64,000 nt of DNA, taken from the NCBI GenBank assembly GCA_030041545.1, contig JASHNQ010000028.1, forward strand, positions 6,150 through 70,149, given 5' to 3'. Source of the DNA: a candidate division FCPU426 bacterium. Its GTDB lineage: Bacteria; Oederibacteriota; Muellerivitia; Muellerivitales; Muellerivitaceae. The notes under the pieces are model-generated. The model had not been told where the DNA came from and did not search any database. It saw only the letters and a program-made list of their open reading frames with translations. Below, one piece after another: positions 48,548-57,913 of this stretch (position 1 is its first letter; each line of letters begins with the position of its first letter). The position numbers were made by a program, and so were the translations under genes.

Positions 48548-50011
48548 TTAGTTCGTCTCTTTCTTGCCCGGCATAGGGGGCTCGTCCAAAACCCACGTGT
48601 CCTTGCTGCCCCCGCCCTGGGAGGAATTGACCACCAGGGACCCTTTTTTCAAGGCCACCCGCGTGAGGCCACCGGGCATGACATAAACCTCCCGGCCATA
48701 GAGGATATAAGGCCGCAAGTCCACGTGGCGGCCCTCGAAGTGGTCCTCCACGATGACCGGCACGCGGGAGAGGGCCAAGGTGGGCTGGGCGATATAGTCC
48801 CGCGGGTTGGCCTCGATCATGGAGGCGAACCTTTCCTGCTCGGCCTTGGAGGAATGGGGCCCCACCAGCATGCCGTAGCCCCCCGCCTGGTTGACGGCCT
48901 TCACCACCAGCTTGTCCAGGTTGTCCAGCACGTGGCGCCTCTGGGCGTCCTCCCAGCACACGTAGGTGGGCACGTTGGGTAGGATGGGGTCCTGCTGCAG
49001 GTAGTACTTGATCATGTGGGGCACGTAGGCGTAGATGCCCTTGTCGTCGGCGATGCCCGTGCCCAGGGCGTTGGCCAGCGTCACCCGGCCCTTGCGGTAA
49101 ACCTCCATGAGGCCGGGCACGCCCAAGGTGGAATCGGGGCGGAAGGCGTTCGGGTCGATGAAGTCGTCGTCCACGCGGCGGTAGATGACGTCCACCCTCT
49201 CGAGGCCCTTGGTGGTGCGCATCTTCACGGTGCCGTCCACCACGGCCAGGTCACGGCCCTCCACCAACTGGGCCCCCAGCTGCCGGGCCAGGAAGGCGTG
49301 CTCGAAATAGGCGGAGTTGTAGGGGCCGGGTGTCAAGACCACCACCTTGGGCGGGTCGGCGCCAACCGGCGCCACGTAGCGCAGGGTGTCCAGCAGCCGA
49401 TGGGGGTAGTCGTCCACGGGTTTGACCCGCATGTCCTGGAAGGCTTGGGGCAGGGTGCGCTTCAGGACGTTTCGGTTCTCCAGCACGTAGGACACGCCCG
49501 AGGGACAGCGCAGGTTGTCCTCCAGCACGTAGTAGCGGCCGTCCTTGTCGCGCACCAGGTCGGTGCCGGTGATGTGGATCCAGATGCGCTTGCCCGGGTT
49601 CAGGCCGACGCACTGCTCGTGGAAGCCGAAAGAGGAGGCCACCACCTCCTTGGGCACGGCCCGGTCCGAAAGGATAAGCTGGTCGTGGTACACGTCGTCG
49701 ATGAAGAGGTTCAGGGCCTGGATGCGCTGGATGAGGCCCCTTTCGATGACCTTCCATTCGGGGTTTGGCACGATGCGGGGGATGATGTCGAAGGGGAAAA
49801 TCTTCTCCGTGCCGTCCTTATTGCCGTAAACGGTGAAGGTAATGCCCATCTGCAAAAACTCGGATTCGGCGGCCTTCTGTTGGCGGGTCAGGTCCCCGGC
49901 GGGCATGGACTTGATCCGGTCAATCAGCGGCGCGGCGCTGGTTCGGGGTCGCCCGCCGATTTCGAAAAGCTCGTCGTAATAGGAATCGGTTTGGTAATTC
50001 TCGAAGTTCAT
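48548..50011 (-). CDS. Circularly permuted type 2 ATP-grasp protein
   Basis: GITFTVYG, PFDIIPR, VLEDNLRCPSGVSY, NSSQGGGSKDTWV. Confidence 0.95.
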   Translation of the reverse strand: MNFENYQTDSYYDELFEIGGRPRTSAAPLIDRIKSMPAGDLTRQQKAAESEFLQMGITFTVYGNKDGTEKIFPFDIIPRIVPNPEWKVIERGLIQRIQALNLFIDDVYHDQLILSDRAVPKEVVASSFGFHEQCVGLNPGKRIWIHITGTDLVRDKDGRYYVLEDNLRCPSGVSYVLENRNVLKRTLPQAFQDMRVKPVDDYPHRLLDTLRYVAPVGADPPKVVVLTPGPYNSAYFEHAFLARQLGAQLVEGRDLAVVDGTVKMRTTKGLERVDVIYRRVDDDFIDPNAFRPDSTLGVPGLMEVYRKGRVTLANALGTGIADDKGIYAYVPHMIKYYLQQDPILPNVPTYVCWEDAQRRHVLDNLDKLVVKAVNQAGGYGMLVGPHSSKAEQERFASMIEANPRDYIAQPTLALSRVPVIVEDHFEGRHVDLRPYILYGREVYVMPGGLTRVALKKGSLVVNSSQGGGSKDTWVLDEPPMPGKKETN

Positions 50012-50235
50012 GACGGCTCCTTTCCCCCGGAGAAATCCCCCCTCTTTTATTCATTCAAAGCAAGGACGGGGCCAAGGAAAGGGCTGAAAATAGGCGCTAA
50101 AATCGCGGTTTTCGTAAACGATCATTACACAATTTTGGGAACGCTCCACAAAATTGTCGCTGGAACGAATCGGACGTTTTCACAGGGAATGCGCCGTGGC
50201 TTAAGATGAAGTGCGCCCGCGGCCGGATAAAAGGT

Positions 50236-50426
50236 GTCATTGCGAGGAGCGGCCCGCGAATGCGGGGCGGTTACGACGCGGCAATCTCAGTTTTAATAAG
50301 CCTCTTCCCAAGGAAGTTATTTTGGAACGGCGGTTGCTTCCCCCGTCGCTCTTTAAGCTTCGGGGGACAAGTCGTCATCCAATTCCCTTGCCTGGCGTAG
50401 CCTTGGCGAAGCCAGGTCGCAACGAC
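50236..50426. repeat. Palindromic element, GTCATTGCGAG...GCAATC family, with nested hairpins
   Basis: GTCATTGCGAGGAG...GACGCGGCAATCTC left arm; right arm to TCGCAACGAC interrupted by CCTGGCGTAGCCTTGGCGAAGCCAGG. Confidence 0.8.
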
Positions 50427-50450
50427 GGCATTGAATCCTAAAGAGTCGCC

Positions 50451-51017
50451 ATGAAAAAAATCGTCCTCCTATTTCTCAAGGGCATCGGCCTGGGGCTGGG
50501 CCTCGGACTTTGCCTGGCGGGGGCTGCGGGGCTCCTTTACCAGACCGCTCACAATAGACAGTCGGTAGGCCACGCGCTGGTTTATCTTTTTGTGGTCGGC
50601 GGCATCATGGGCATCATCGGCGGCTGGATTTTGTCCCTCGAAATGGTCCTGGGGAACCTGCTGGCGTCCTTGTTCATGAAAATAGCTGATCTTGTGCCCT
50701 TGCCCGCCCAGGCGGTCGGGGAGGAGTGGGCCCAAAAAATGGAAACCTTCTTCCGGGAGATCATCCAACCCTTTCCAGGCTTCTTTCGGAAGTTCATCGA
50801 GTGGATTTTTATTTTGAGATTCGAGGATTACGGCCGCATCAACCGGGCCTTGGACAAGGCGAAACGAAAAAAGCACGACCAGGGCACGACCACCCAATGG
50901 GCGCTCATGGTCATCCTGCATTATCTCTTGGAGCCGCTTTGGCTCCTCTTCTACGCGGGCTATGGTATCCTTTTTATCTTGAGTTGCAGTTTGTGGAGTT
51001 TGGCGTTTTTTAGATAA
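50451..51017 (+). CDS. Hypothetical membrane protein
   Basis: 188-aa ORF with three to four hydrophobic helices; first gene of a plus-strand run. Confidence 0.7.
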   Translation: MKKIVLLFLKGIGLGLGLGLCLAGAAGLLYQTAHNRQSVGHALVYLFVVGGIMGIIGGWILSLEMVLGNLLASLFMKIADLVPLPAQAVGEEWAQKMETFFREIIQPFPGFFRKFIEWIFILRFEDYGRINRALDKAKRKKHDQGTTTQWALMVILHYLLEPLWLLFYAGYGILFILSCSLWSLAFFR

Positions 51018-51038
51018 GTTTTTCCCAGGAAAAATTTT

Positions 51039-51821
51039 ATGACCGACTCTAACTACCATAAATGGAAATCCCTCCAGGCGCACTGGGACGACGACGAGTT
51101 CCTCAAGTCCCTGACGCCCTTGATGAAGCTGCGCTACCGGCGGCTGGACGAAAAAGTGGAGGCCATCCTGGATCGTGCTTTCCACGTTTCGGGGGCCTTC
51201 AAGGAAAGGCCGCTGATACTGGATATCGGCGCGGGGCGTGGGGAATTCGCCTTGTTTCTCCAAGGCCGGGGAAGGGCGCGGGTTTGGAATTACCTTGGGT
51301 TCGAGCCTTCCGCCGAGCAGTTAAAACAGCGGGACATCCAGGAGTTCGGCATGGGATTCGTGCAAGCCTTGGCCGAACAAATCCCCATCCAGGACATGAT
51401 GGCCCATGGTGTCGTTATTAAAGAAGCCATTGACCATTGTTACGACCCGGCCAAGGTCTTCGCGGAGGCCAAGCGGCTTTTGAAACCGGGAGGTGTTTTG
51501 GTTGTAACGGTTACCAACGACAAGTCCTATTTCAAACGGCTCCTGCCCTTCATCAACAACGCCCGAAAGGCACAACAAACCGACCATCTTTTCTTCTTCG
51601 GGCCCGAAGAGCTGAAGAAATTGGCTGAAGGGGCCCACTTTGACAGCGTTTCGGTGGAAACTTATAATTACCTGAAGTTACCAAGTCTTTTGGAGCGGTT
51701 CTTGGGGTTTCTAGGCGCCTCACTTAGCCGTGCAATCCTCCATTTTACGGATATAATCGGCAGGCTTCTTCTCCCCCGCATGGGCGGCGGTATTGTTCTG
51801 GTGGCTAAGATTTCAGCTTAG
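51039..51821 (+). CDS. Class I SAM-dependent methyltransferase
   Basis: ILDIGAGRG, AEQIP, LLKPGGVL. Confidence 0.87.
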   Translation: MTDSNYHKWKSLQAHWDDDEFLKSLTPLMKLRYRRLDEKVEAILDRAFHVSGAFKERPLILDIGAGRGEFALFLQGRGRARVWNYLGFEPSAEQLKQRDIQEFGMGFVQALAEQIPIQDMMAHGVVIKEAIDHCYDPAKVFAEAKRLLKPGGVLVVTVTNDKSYFKRLLPFINNARKAQQTDHLFFFGPEELKKLAEGAHFDSVSVETYNYLKLPSLLERFLGFLGASLSRAILHFTDIIGRLLLPRMGGGIVLVAKISA

Positions 51822-51867
51822 TATTCTTGGAAACAGCCTAGCCCTAGACTGCAGTTTGATGTCGAAC

Positions 51868-51969
51868 GAGTTCTAAGTTTTGAGTTACGAGTGTTGAATT
51901 TTGGACGAGTTTTTAATCGAAGATTAAAAACTAACCTTAACTTGAAACTTCAAACTCCCAACTCAAAAT
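51868..51969. repeat. Inverted heptamer-tandem element
   Basis: GAGTTCT AAGTTTT GAGTTAC GAGTGTT GAATTTT ... TTAACTT GAAACTT CAAACTC CCAACTC. Confidence 0.75.
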
Positions 51970-52019
51970 GTATCCAGCAGCGTGTTTTGCGTCTCCCGGC
52001 TACATGGAAAGAAGCAAAA

Positions 52020-52184
52020 ATGATTACCCCCGACCTCCTCAACATTTTGATCTGTCCCGCCTGCGGCGCGGCCGTGCGCGAAAAGGACAACGCCATCGAG
52101 TGCACCGCCTGCAAGAACCGCTATCCCATCGAAAACGGCATCCCCGTGATGCTCGTCGACCGTGCCGAAAAGCCTAAAAAATAG
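52020..52184 (+). CDS. Trm112/YcaR family zinc-ribbon protein
   Basis: LLNILICPAC...ECTAC..RYPIENGIPVML. Confidence 0.9.
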   Translation: MITPDLLNILICPACGAAVREKDNAIECTACKNRYPIENGIPVMLVDRAEKPKK

Positions 52185-52197
52185 AACCTCCCAATTG

Positions 52198-52333
52198 AAC
52201 CACCGAGTTCACAAAGGACGCAGAGGAAGGCATGAAATTTTCTTCTGAAACCATGGATTTAACTCTGTGACCTCTGTGCGTCGCCGACCTGCCCAGCGTA
52301 GCTTTAGCGAAGACGGGAGGCGACCTGTGGTAA
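52198..52333. repeat. 9-nt-period palindromic element with nested GTAGCTTTAGCGAAG hairpin
   Basis: AACCACCGAGTTCACAAAGGACGCAGAG ... CTCTGTGACCTCTGTG[insert]CCTGTGGTAA. Confidence 0.75.
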
Positions 52334-53460
52334 AAAAAGGGTCTTTAAAATCCCTCCATATCGGCATCGACGCCCGGCTAGCCTACCGGCGGGGCGTGGG
52401 CACCTATACGGCCAATCTCATCCTTTCCTTGTCAAAAATCGACCGCAAAAACCGATACACCCTCTTCAACGCCCCGGACAGCCTACAAAAACAAGTCAAA
52501 AATCCCCGCTTCCATTGGGCCCCGGTCCTATTCCCCAACGCCGCCTATTACGAGCAGGTGCTGCTGCCCGCCGTAGCCAGGTCCCACGGAGTGGATTTCC
52601 TACACTATACGGACAACTCGGCCACGGCCTTGGATCCCATTCCTTTCGTGGTCACCCTGCACGACACCATGCACACCCGGCCGCTTTCCCAAGTGCGGCC
52701 CAAACCCAGCTTCCGGCACCGGCTGGTTTACGCCTATAAAAAATGGGCCATCGTCCGGTCGGTTCCAAGGGCTAAGGCGGTCCTCACGGTTTCCGAATTC
52801 TCCAGGGGGGAGATTTTGAAAACGATGGGATTGGAGGAAACGAAGGTTTTCGTAACGCCGGAGGGCGTGGACCGGCGCTTTTTCCCCCCCATGCCGCGAA
52901 AAACCTCCAAACTTTTTAAGATCCTAGCCCACGGGGCCGCGGACGAAAGGAAGAATATTTCCAATGTTCTCAAGGCAGCCAAGCTCCTCATGGATCAGGG
53001 TAAAAAGTTCCAGTTGGTCATCGTAGGCATGGATGCCGAGGAGCTGAAATGCACGGGATACCTTGAAGAGGAAATGGACCTGGAAATCGGGAACCGCGTC
53101 GAATGGGCGGGCAACGTGCCTTTCGAAATGCTTCCCCAAGTTTATTCCGAATCGGACCTTTTCCTCTATCCTTCGCGCTTGGAGGGTTTCGGCCTGCCGG
53201 TATTGGAGGCCTTTGCCAGCGGCGTTCCTGTGGTCGCTTCCAACGTCAGTTCCTTGCCGGAAGTGGCGGGGGACGCGGCCTTGCTGGTGGACCCGGAAAA
53301 CCCCGAAGCCATCGCCAAGGCTGTTAAGCAGATGATGGACAAGCCCGCTTTGCGGAAGCGTTACGTCCAGCGGGGCCTGAAAAGGGCCAAGCTGTTCACT
53401 TGGGAAAAGACGGCGCGAAAGACCCTGGAGGTTTATGAGCGCATGAGGGGATGGGTATGA
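52327..53460 (+). CDS. Glycosyltransferase family 4
   Basis: IGIDAR, VVTLHD, TVSEFS, RKNI, EGFGLPVLEA, SSLPEVAGDAA; GTG start inferred. Confidence 0.92.
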   Translation: MVKKGSLKSLHIGIDARLAYRRGVGTYTANLILSLSKIDRKNRYTLFNAPDSLQKQVKNPRFHWAPVLFPNAAYYEQVLLPAVARSHGVDFLHYTDNSATALDPIPFVVTLHDTMHTRPLSQVRPKPSFRHRLVYAYKKWAIVRSVPRAKAVLTVSEFSRGEILKTMGLEETKVFVTPEGVDRRFFPPMPRKTSKLFKILAHGAADERKNISNVLKAAKLLMDQGKKFQLVIVGMDAEELKCTGYLEEEMDLEIGNRVEWAGNVPFEMLPQVYSESDLFLYPSRLEGFGLPVLEAFASGVPVVASNVSSLPEVAGDAALLVDPENPEAIAKAVKQMMDKPALRKRYVQRGLKRAKLFTWEKTARKTLEVYERMRGWV

Positions 53461-55130
53461 ACGGCCAAGATGCAGTCCCTTTCGCCTTCACGTGGCCGGA
53501 CCTTCTATTCCTTGTACTTTTGTTCGGTCTTGTGGTCATACTTGAGGCATGGCTGGCCGGGTGGATTAAAAAGGAAAAAAAAGTCGTACCCCTCTTCAAG
53601 CCGGTTTTTTGGACCCATTTACCCTGGGTTTTTGGTTATTTGGGGCCGGTCATCGAGAACATCCATCTTCCCGAATCCCAAAACACACCGCTCCGAAAAC
53701 TTGAAATCCTGCTGGGCCTCCTCCTGATGACCCATTTGTTCCTCTTTGTCCGGCTTCTTTTATCAGGTTCTTCGCGCAAGGATTGGAAGACCTCGAAGAC
53801 CTTCGGGTTGGCCGCGGTCATCCTGTTCGTGGGGGCCACCTGCTGGACGGCCACGGTTTGCGACTTGAGCGGGGACGAACCCCATTACCTCCTCATGGCT
53901 TACAGCCTGATCCACGACCACGACTTGGACCTATCCAACCATTACGCGAACAAGGACTATGAACAGTTTTACCACCGGGGGGATTTGGAACCGCAGGGCC
54001 TGGAGCACGTCATCAACGGCAAACGCTACAGCCACCACCCCTTAGGGCCGGTGCTTTTGGTCTTGCCGGGGTTCGCGCTCTTCGGCCGCCTGGGCGCGGC
54101 CTTGACCATGGCCCTCTTGGCGGCCCTGGCCCTTTACCTAACAATGAGGGTTTTGGAGGAAACCGGCGCCCAGGGTTGGCCCCTTCACGCGGTGGGCATG
54201 GTGGGGTTGGCCTCGAGTCCTTTCCTCTTGTATTCGGGATTGATCTTCCCCGAAATCCCAACAGCTTGTTTGGTTGCGTTAAGCCTCCTTCTTTACCTGA
54301 AAAGGCGGTGGGGATGGCTTGGGTTTTGCCTGGGTTTGATGCTTTGGATGCACAACCGGAACGTGTTGTTGGTGATGCCCCTGCTGGTGTCCAGTGCTTA
54401 TGGAGTTTGGAAGGAAAAACAAGAACGCTTAAAAGAGGCGAGCTGGTTTGTGTTGGGATTCGCCATCCCCGTTCTTTTGCTTTCCCTTTATTTCCACTCG
54501 ATCTACGGCGTTTGGACGCCACTGGGCGCCCATAACGAACCTTTCACGTCCCTTTTCCGCTTAAGCCATTTTTGGGACGGTTTTTTTGGGCTCCTCCTGG
54601 ACCAGGAATGCGGCTTGTGGTTCCACTTTCCCGTCTTCGCCATGGCGGTCACGGGCGGCGTGATCCTTTGGCTTTCCAAGAATCCCCTTCGATTCGTGGC
54701 CTTGGGCACCTTGGTTTTTTACTTCCTCTTCATGTCGTTTTACGAAAACCTGGGATTGACGCCGGCCACGCGCTACATGGTGGGCGTGACGCCCCTGTGG
54801 CTTTTGGCGCTTTATCCCGCGGTGGAAAGGCTGAAGAAGGGGGAACTCTGGACCTGGTTGACGTTTTTTTCGTTTATGGCGGGCGCTTTCGTCAATTGGA
54901 TTTTGGCGGCCGTCCCCTGGATGCGGTATAACAAACTGGACGGGGAGAACTGGATTCTCAAGATCGCGGGATCTTTCCTGCATTTGCCCCTGACCTCGAC
55001 CGAGCCCGCTTTCCAAGCCCCGGTGGTAGGAATGAAAAGCTACGTCCTCAGCGCCCTTTGGGTCGGCGCCACCATCGTGTTGACGGTTTTATATTTGAGG
55101 GACAAAACAAGGAAATTTCGCCGCCGGTAA
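53457..55130 (+). CDS. Polytopic membrane protein, putative GT-C glycosyltransferase
   Basis: GDEPHYLLMAYSLIHDHDLDL motif, PE motif, more than ten TM segments. Confidence 0.75.
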   Translation: MNGQDAVPFAFTWPDLLFLVLLFGLVVILEAWLAGWIKKEKKVVPLFKPVFWTHLPWVFGYLGPVIENIHLPESQNTPLRKLEILLGLLLMTHLFLFVRLLLSGSSRKDWKTSKTFGLAAVILFVGATCWTATVCDLSGDEPHYLLMAYSLIHDHDLDLSNHYANKDYEQFYHRGDLEPQGLEHVINGKRYSHHPLGPVLLVLPGFALFGRLGAALTMALLAALALYLTMRVLEETGAQGWPLHAVGMVGLASSPFLLYSGLIFPEIPTACLVALSLLLYLKRRWGWLGFCLGLMLWMHNRNVLLVMPLLVSSAYGVWKEKQERLKEASWFVLGFAIPVLLLSLYFHSIYGVWTPLGAHNEPFTSLFRLSHFWDGFFGLLLDQECGLWFHFPVFAMAVTGGVILWLSKNPLRFVALGTLVFYFLFMSFYENLGLTPATRYMVGVTPLWLLALYPAVERLKKGELWTWLTFFSFMAGAFVNWILAAVPWMRYNKLDGENWILKIAGSFLHLPLTSTEPAFQAPVVGMKSYVLSALWVGATIVLTVLYLRDKTRKFRRR

Positions 55131-55157
55131 AAAAGTAAGACGAAACAATAATATCTA

Positions 55158-55256
55158 GCCACAGATTCATGGGATGAATGGGATGTCTTTAAAATGAGAC
55201 AGCTAAGAATTTTTTGAATTTTGATTTTATCCCATGTATCCCCTGCGCCTGTGGCA
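55158..55256. repeat. 9-nt-period palindromic element variant
   Basis: GCCACAGATTCATGGGATGAATGGGAT ... ATCCCATGTATCCCCTGCGCCTGTGGC. Confidence 0.7.
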
Positions 55257-55278
55257 AAGAAATGGTTAGGTTTTATCC

Positions 55279-56508
55279 TTGAACATCCTCGTCTTGACGC
55301 CGCTCATACCCTATCCTCCCCACGACGGGGACAAGTTGCGGCTTTACCACTTCCTCCTTTACCTTAAGAAGCGCGGTCACACAATCGACCTGTTCTGCCT
55401 GACGAGGGTTCAGGACGACCTGCGCTACGCTGAAGACCTACGGCCCCTTTGCCGAACCCTTTACACCGAACATATCAACAACTGGGACCTGTTCTTCAAC
55501 CTGATCGGCGGGCTTTTGATTGGGCAGTCCCTGAACGTCTCCAGCCATTTCTCACCCAAGATGAGGGAGGTCTTGAAGGCTTATTGGCAGACCACCGAGG
55601 GCCAAAAAATCGACGTGGTGCTGGCCCACCGCCTGCGCATGGCTCCGGCCGCCTTCGAGGGCAACCCGGGCAAGCCGGTGGTGCTAGAGCTGACCGACAG
55701 CCTGACGGGTTACACCCAGCAGCTCAAGGATCATTCAATGGTTCGCGGCTCCCGCCGCCTAGTGGCATGGTGGGACTACTGGTTTTTAAAGAAGGAAGAA
55801 GTGGAATGGATGGAGAAGGCTTTCCAATCCATTGTCATTTCCGAGCCGGACTCCCAAGTACTAAGAGAACAGGGGGCTCCCGCTGACAAGGTGATCGTGA
55901 TTCCTAATGGCGTGGAACCTGTTCGGACCTTTAAATTCAAACGGCCTAATGAATATCCCGCAAAAAGACCGGTTGTTTGTTTTGTTGGTAATATGGGTTA
56001 CCCACCGAACGAAGATGGGGCCATCTGGTTTTTGAAAAAAGTTTGGCCTCGAATTAAAAGCGAAGTCCCGAATGCGGTTTTTGCCGCGGTTGGGGGACAG
56101 CCTCGAAAAATTTTGCGCAAGTATAATAACCGTGATGATGTGTTAGTGACCGGTTGGGTGCCCAAGGTCGAACCTTATGTTAAGTACGCGGCCGTATCAG
56201 TTGCTCCTTTGCGGGTTGCCAGCGGCATGCAAAATAAGGTGGCTTTAGCCATGGCCCTCGGAACTCTTGTTGTGGCTCCTATGTTGGCATTTGAGTGGAT
56301 TCCCCCCAAAGGGCGGGAAACCGTGATAACTGCTGAGGATGAAGAAAAGTTTGCGAACCTTGTGGTTGAAGCCATATTGAAACCTCGACGAATCAAGAAT
56401 TTAGTTTTGAGAGGTCAGCGGTTCATCCTTAGGAACTACAAGTGGAATGAGTCGGGTAAAAAGCTGGAGGCCATCCTCAAGAAGGCGGCCCAAAGTACTA
56501 AAGTGTGA
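55279..56508 (+). CDS. Glycosyltransferase family 4 (TIGR03087-like)
   Basis: PYPPHDGDKLR, IPNGV, FVGNMGYPPNEDG, VAPLRVASGMQNKV. Confidence 0.88.
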   Translation: MNILVLTPLIPYPPHDGDKLRLYHFLLYLKKRGHTIDLFCLTRVQDDLRYAEDLRPLCRTLYTEHINNWDLFFNLIGGLLIGQSLNVSSHFSPKMREVLKAYWQTTEGQKIDVVLAHRLRMAPAAFEGNPGKPVVLELTDSLTGYTQQLKDHSMVRGSRRLVAWWDYWFLKKEEVEWMEKAFQSIVISEPDSQVLREQGAPADKVIVIPNGVEPVRTFKFKRPNEYPAKRPVVCFVGNMGYPPNEDGAIWFLKKVWPRIKSEVPNAVFAAVGGQPRKILRKYNNRDDVLVTGWVPKVEPYVKYAAVSVAPLRVASGMQNKVALAMALGTLVVAPMLAFEWIPPKGRETVITAEDEEKFANLVVEAILKPRRIKNLVLRGQRFILRNYKWNESGKKLEAILKKAAQSTKV

Positions 56509-56528
56509 AGATGAGAAAGGAAGGAACC

Positions 56529-57248
56529 ATGAAAAGGAAATGGGTTAAAAGAAGCTTATTGGCACTGCTTCCCTTGATCTTTGCGCTTGGAATTTTCGGT
56601 ACAGTCCGGGCCGATGAAAACCCACCCAAACAAAGAACTATCCAGGTCACAGGCGAAGGTAAAGTGACGGCCGTGCCCGACCAGGCGGAGTTGGATTTTG
56701 AGGTCCAGGAGGAAGGTTCCAACCTGGAAGAGGTGACGGCCAAGGTCAACGAAAAGATGGGGGCTATTTTTGAGGCCGTCAAATCCTTTGGGATTTCGGA
56801 CAAGGACTTCAAGACCATCCAATACGACATCCAGCCTAAATACAAATACGATAACGGGGAAAGCCAAAGAGTCGGTTTTACCGTTTCCAACCGCATCCAA
56901 GTGGTGCTGAAGAAAATCGACCAGGCCGGGAAGCTGATGGATGCCGTCACCGAGGCCGGAGCCACCCAAGTGCAGGGGCCCAGTTTCGGGTTTTCCGATC
57001 CCGCCCAACTGCAAATCGAAGCCTTGAAAAAGGCCGTGGAGGACGCCCATGCCAAGGCCGAGGCGCTCGCCGAAGCGTCCGGTGCGGAATTAGGCAAGGT
57101 GTTTTCCATAACCCAGACCGGTTCCGCCCTGCCGGTGAGGCCCATGGCTTTCCGCGACAATGGGGCCATGGGCAGTGCCGAGGTCCCTATCGCCAAGGGC
57201 GAGAACGACGTCACCGCCGAAGTGGAAGTGGTCTATTTTTTGAGGTGA
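56529..57248 (+). CDS. SIMPL (DUF541) periplasmic protein
   Basis: Signal peptide; IQVTGEGKVTAVPDQA, AVEDAHAKAEALA. Confidence 0.9.
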   Translation: MKRKWVKRSLLALLPLIFALGIFGTVRADENPPKQRTIQVTGEGKVTAVPDQAELDFEVQEEGSNLEEVTAKVNEKMGAIFEAVKSFGISDKDFKTIQYDIQPKYKYDNGESQRVGFTVSNRIQVVLKKIDQAGKLMDAVTEAGATQVQGPSFGFSDPAQLQIEALKKAVEDAHAKAEALAEASGAELGKVFSITQTGSALPVRPMAFRDNGAMGSAEVPIAKGENDVTAEVEVVYFLR

Positions 57249-57298
57249 GATGAAAAGAAGTGAATAGTATTTTTTGCTTTTATATATAATGAGCTATC

Positions 57299-57913
57299 TT
57301 GAATCCGACAGATTCCCAAATTCCAACGTGGCATCATCCCGGCGGAAAGCTGGTGGAAAAGGGCGCCGAATCCCTGACCCAAGATGAGCTCCTCGCCATC
57401 CTTCTCGGCACCGGAGGGCCAGGACGATCCGCGGAATCCGTGGCGAAGGCCGTCCTGGATGAATATGGGGCGCTTTACCAAATCTTCCGGCTAGGAACCC
57501 TTGATAAATTGGCTGAAATCCCAGGTGTAGGCCCCCGAAAGGCCAAGCGCATATTAGCCGCGCTTCAACTGGGCCGAAGGCTTCATGAGGCCCAAAAACT
57601 ACGCAACCAACTCACACCTCAAAACCAGGCCCAAGAATCGCTTTTTCCTTATCAGGCGACAAGTAAGCCTTCCCCGCAAAAGGAATTACCTTTTGACGCC
57701 GATCTCTTGGCGGAAATCATCGGCAGCGGGACAGAAGGCCACGACGCCAAGAAAATCGCCCAGGATCTCCTGGTCCGGTTTGGGTCCCTTGAGGGGCTTT
57801 ATGGGCAGGACATGGGTTTGTTCAAGGAAATCCAGGGGCTGGGCAGTGTGAAGATCATCCGCATCACTGCGGCCCTGGAAATCGCCAAGCGGATCGCCCA
57901 CGCTCTTTCATGA
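57299..57913 (+). CDS. Protein made of two tandem RadC N-terminal (UPF0758_N/HhH) domains, no JAB domain
   Basis: GAESLTQDELLAILLGTG...IPGVGPRKA.RILAALQLGRR, then DADLLAEIIGSG...IQGLGSVK..RITAALEIAKR. Confidence 0.85.
   Translation: MNPTDSQIPTWHHPGGKLVEKGAESLTQDELLAILLGTGGPGRSAESVAKAVLDEYGALYQIFRLGTLDKLAEIPGVGPRKAKRILAALQLGRRLHEAQKLRNQLTPQNQAQESLFPYQATSKPSPQKELPFDADLLAEIIGSGTEGHDAKKIAQDLLVRFGSLEGLYGQDMGLFKEIQGLGSVKIIRITAALEIAKRIAHALS

Noticed and set aside
57299-57913. Calling this gene radC
   Set aside because: No JAB/MPN domain (no HNHPSG motif); only two N-terminal units.
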